From: Prasinococcaceae sp. CCMP 1430
Taxonomy: Eukaryota > Plantae > Prasinodermophyta
Length of the DNA: 64,000 bases
Reading direction: 5' to 3'
Assembly (NCBI GenBank): GCA_013416795.1
Contig: RQSC01000022.1
Span: forward strand, 157,712-221,711
In this document: piece after piece, positions 61,501 to 64,000 of the stretch
How positions within the stretch are numbered: the first letter of the stretch is position 1
Layout of the letters: the number at the start of each line of letters is the position of its first letter
The notes under the pieces: generated by a model
The model's database searches: none
Seen by the model: the letters and a program-made list of their open reading frames with translations, nothing else
What the model was told of the DNA's origin: nothing
Position numbers and translations under genes: made by a program

Positions 61501-61822
61501 GCGTCAGAGGGGCCCTCCGACGGCGCACACTGCAGCGCGAGCTTGTACCCGGCGGTCATGGCGTCGTCTGCGCTGGCGGCGCCGGAGACGGAGCTGGAAG
61601 ACCTGACCAGGTCGTGCGATCCCACGCCGGGCTTCTCGGCGAGCTTCACCCACGCAGAGACTGAGAACTCCGCCGCGTTGAGCTCGGCGGCGTACGGCAC
61701 TTCCACCTCGGCCACCACGGGCTTGCCGCACTCCGCGGCGGTGCCGCCGTGCGCCCTGGACGCGCCCGCGTCCGCAACGGCGACGCCGCAGGCGGCCGGG
61801 ACCGCCGAGGGCCAGTAGGCCG
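58575..61822 (-). CDS. Type I membrane surface protein: LamG-like, PPC-like and CBM-like modules, TM helix and short tail (5' end in a gap)
   Basis: FSVSAWVKL...WAHVTG...EEVAYFDYGLSDSQV; SPDVVYAL...FDPVIYV...IVVDG; repeated VH(T/S)G..A(I/L) and LYGDSLTAGWADASW; TM GAIVGIVVGCLAALAVVAAIAAVAY. Confidence 0.75.
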
Positions 61823-62047
61823 NNNNNNNNNNNNNNNNNNNNNNNNNNNNNNNNNNNNNNNNNNNNNNNNNNNNNNNNNNNNNNNNNNNNNNNNNNNNNN
61901 NNNNNNNNNNNNNNNNNNNNNNNNNNNNNNNNNNNNNNGCGCGCGCGCCGTCCACACACACACGCACGCACACACACACACACACAGTGTCACACACACA
62001 CACACACACAGTGTCACACACACACACACAGTGTCACACACACAGTG

Positions 62048-62104
<57 letters not shown>

Positions 62105-62663
62105 GCCACACCCACGCCCACGCCGCGTCGCGCGCGGCCCGCCGCGGTCCCCGACGGCGCGCGCGACGCGACCCTTCGCCTGCGCGTGTCTGGTGCGCCC
62201 GTTCGCAGCGGCGTTCCCGAGGGCGCGCGCGCGCGCGCGCCCGGTCGGATCCGCACGTCGAAACGCATTGGAAAGGCGCCGTATCAAAAAGCATTCGAAA
62301 AAGACAGCATCGACGTCGGTAAAAACAGTGGAGAAGTTTTATGATGAGACGTCAAAACGTGTGAGGTTTATTTCAGGCACGTCGAACGAAACGCATTGGA
62401 AAGGCGCCGTATCAAAAAGCATTCGAAAATGGCAGGACTGTACCAACAACGCGTCGACGCGACCTGGGCAAAAACATTCCCGAAGAGTTTGACTTTTCCC
62501 CGAAGTGTTGGAATGACCCCTGACTAACCCCGAATTATCTTGGAGGGGGTCTCGTGTTGCCCTTTAAAGTCACATCTTACGGTGAAGGGGTTGAAACCCT
62601 TTAAAACCTGAAAACTAAGCTTTGACCCAGGCCTACGCAAAATAGACCGGGTTGGGTGGGTGG

Positions 62664-63098
62664 GTGCGCGCGACAGCGCGCAAAGCAACAAGAGTGGCAC
62701 ACGCCGCGCGCGCGCCTCCTGCGCCAGATATTTTGATTTTTGGCCGCCCAGGCGCGTTCAGGGAACGCGCTCGGGGAACGACCGGCCAACACTGCAGTTC
62801 CACACGCGCTCGTGTGCAGACCCTCCTCTGACCCGATAACCCATATTAACCGAGGCTGAATATTACTCGTCAACTGAGATACGGCGCGACCCAGGCGTGT
62901 GCGCGCGACAGCGCGCAAAGCAACAAGAGTGGCACACGCCGCGCGCGCGCCTCCTGCGCCAGATATTTTGATTTTTGGCCGCCCAGGCGCGTTCAGGGAA
63001 CGCGCTCGGGGAACGACCGGCCAACACTGCAGTTCCACACGCGCTCGTGTGCAGACCCTCCTCTGACCCGATAACCCATATTAACCGAGGCTGAATAT
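62664..63098. repeat. Perfect 200 bp direct repeat (62664-62863 and 62899-63098) with a 35 bp spacer
   Basis: Both copies run gtgcgcgcgacagcgcgcaaagc...aaccgaggctgaatat with no mismatch seen. Confidence 0.9.
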
Positions 63099-63715
63099 GC
63101 CAATATTTCTGGAGTGTTTTCACTCTACCCCCTAAGTGTCCCTCTAAGGCCGTTTCTTAATAGACCGCCGCGCGTTCGATTTTTCCACCCGGATCGGATC
63201 GGCGCGATCCGGCTCGGCGCCGAATGCGTTTTGATGCGCGAGCCGCTCGAACGCCGGTTCAGCCGCGCGCCGGTTCGGGCGCGGTTCCCCCCGGCGCGCG
63301 CGCGCGCGCGCCGCGGGCGGCGCGCGGGCGGGTTCCACGGAATCCACATGTTTATTACGTTTTTTATGAACGAATCCATACGCGCGTATTAGGTGTAAAA
63401 AGAAGAGTAAAGTGGGTTCCGCGCGCGCTCGTGCGCGCGGCGGCTCGCAGGCTGGCGGATTCCGTGGGGGGCGGGACCGCATCAAAACGAAGGTAAACCC
63501 GAACTGTGTCATATACTGTATGGGGTAATGTAAATAGGGTTCGAGGAGTCGCGTGGGTGCGCGGGCGCGTGCGCTGGTGCGCGTGTGGTGTGGGCGCGGG
63601 GTGGGGATGGGTGGGGCGGGGGGACGGGCGCGCGCCACAGCGCGTCCCGTCGCGGTCACCTCGCGCGCGCGAGCTCGAGCCCGAGCTCCCGCGGCCGCGG
63701 CCGCCGCCGCCCGTC

Positions 63716-63834
63716 ATGGCGCGCGGGCTGTCGCGCGATCAGTCGCGCGAGAAGAACCTCAAGAAGCAGGCGGCCAAGGGCAAGGGCAAGTCCGACGAGA
63801 ACAAGAACCTGACGCCCGCGCAAGTCAGGGAGCG
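63716..63834 (+). CDS. SERF/4F5-family small basic protein, first exon
   Basis: MARGLSRDQSREKNLKKQAAKGKGK...LTPAQVRER followed by a gtgcgt donor. Confidence 0.8.
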
Positions 63835-64000
63835 GTGCGTGCGCTCGCGCGTGCGCTCGCCCGAGCTCGCACGCCGGCATGCATGCCGTGCTCGCGCTCG
63901 CGCTCGCTCGCGAGCGGGCCTCACCTCGCCTCGCGCGCGCAGCGGCGCCGCCTGCCCTCGCGCGTGCCGCCCTCGCGCTTGTCCAAGGCGCGCGCTCACA

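Overview
Eukaryotic nuclear DNA of very high GC, from a draft scaffold with N gaps at 21731-21838, 29531-30016, 36747-36754, 51808-52706 and 61823-61938, and single n at 1980, 4771, 20294 and 34479. It is most likely a green alga (inference from a plastid ClpR subunit, a DEL-type E2F and TTTAGGG-like motifs). About 28 tightly packed genes or gene fragments are recognisable: xylulokinase-like kinase, NDRG/NDL, FHA protein, ACS-type MFS transporter, RluA-family pseudouridine synthase, two ankyrin loci, a secreted His/Cys-motif protein, CPBP protease, atypical E2F, MORN protein, WD40 protein, a divergent Mago nashi, ClpR, isopentenyl-phosphate-kinase-like, subtilisin with somatomedin-B-like repeats, complex I ESSS subunit, TraB, HVA22, DDB1, a LamG/CBM-like surface protein and SERF/4F5. 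Most long ORFs in the supplied track (VCVC/HTHT types) are only translations of (TG)n/(CA)n microsatellites. Four signals stand out. (1) Many introns have a (TG)n 5' half and a (CA)n 3' half and could fold back on themselves. (2) A ~670 bp alphaproteobacterial sdhA fragment sits inside DDB1 and is joined through a shared VLATGG-coding microhomology; an assembly chimera is the most likely cause. (3) A dispersed CACGTCRAAACGCAT element and several structured repeats occur in AT-rich intergenic islands. (4) Several proteins have unusual architectures. I see no tRNA, rRNA, CRISPR array or intact transposon. Family assignments come from motif recognition without database searches, and exon boundaries are predictions from GT-AG signals.
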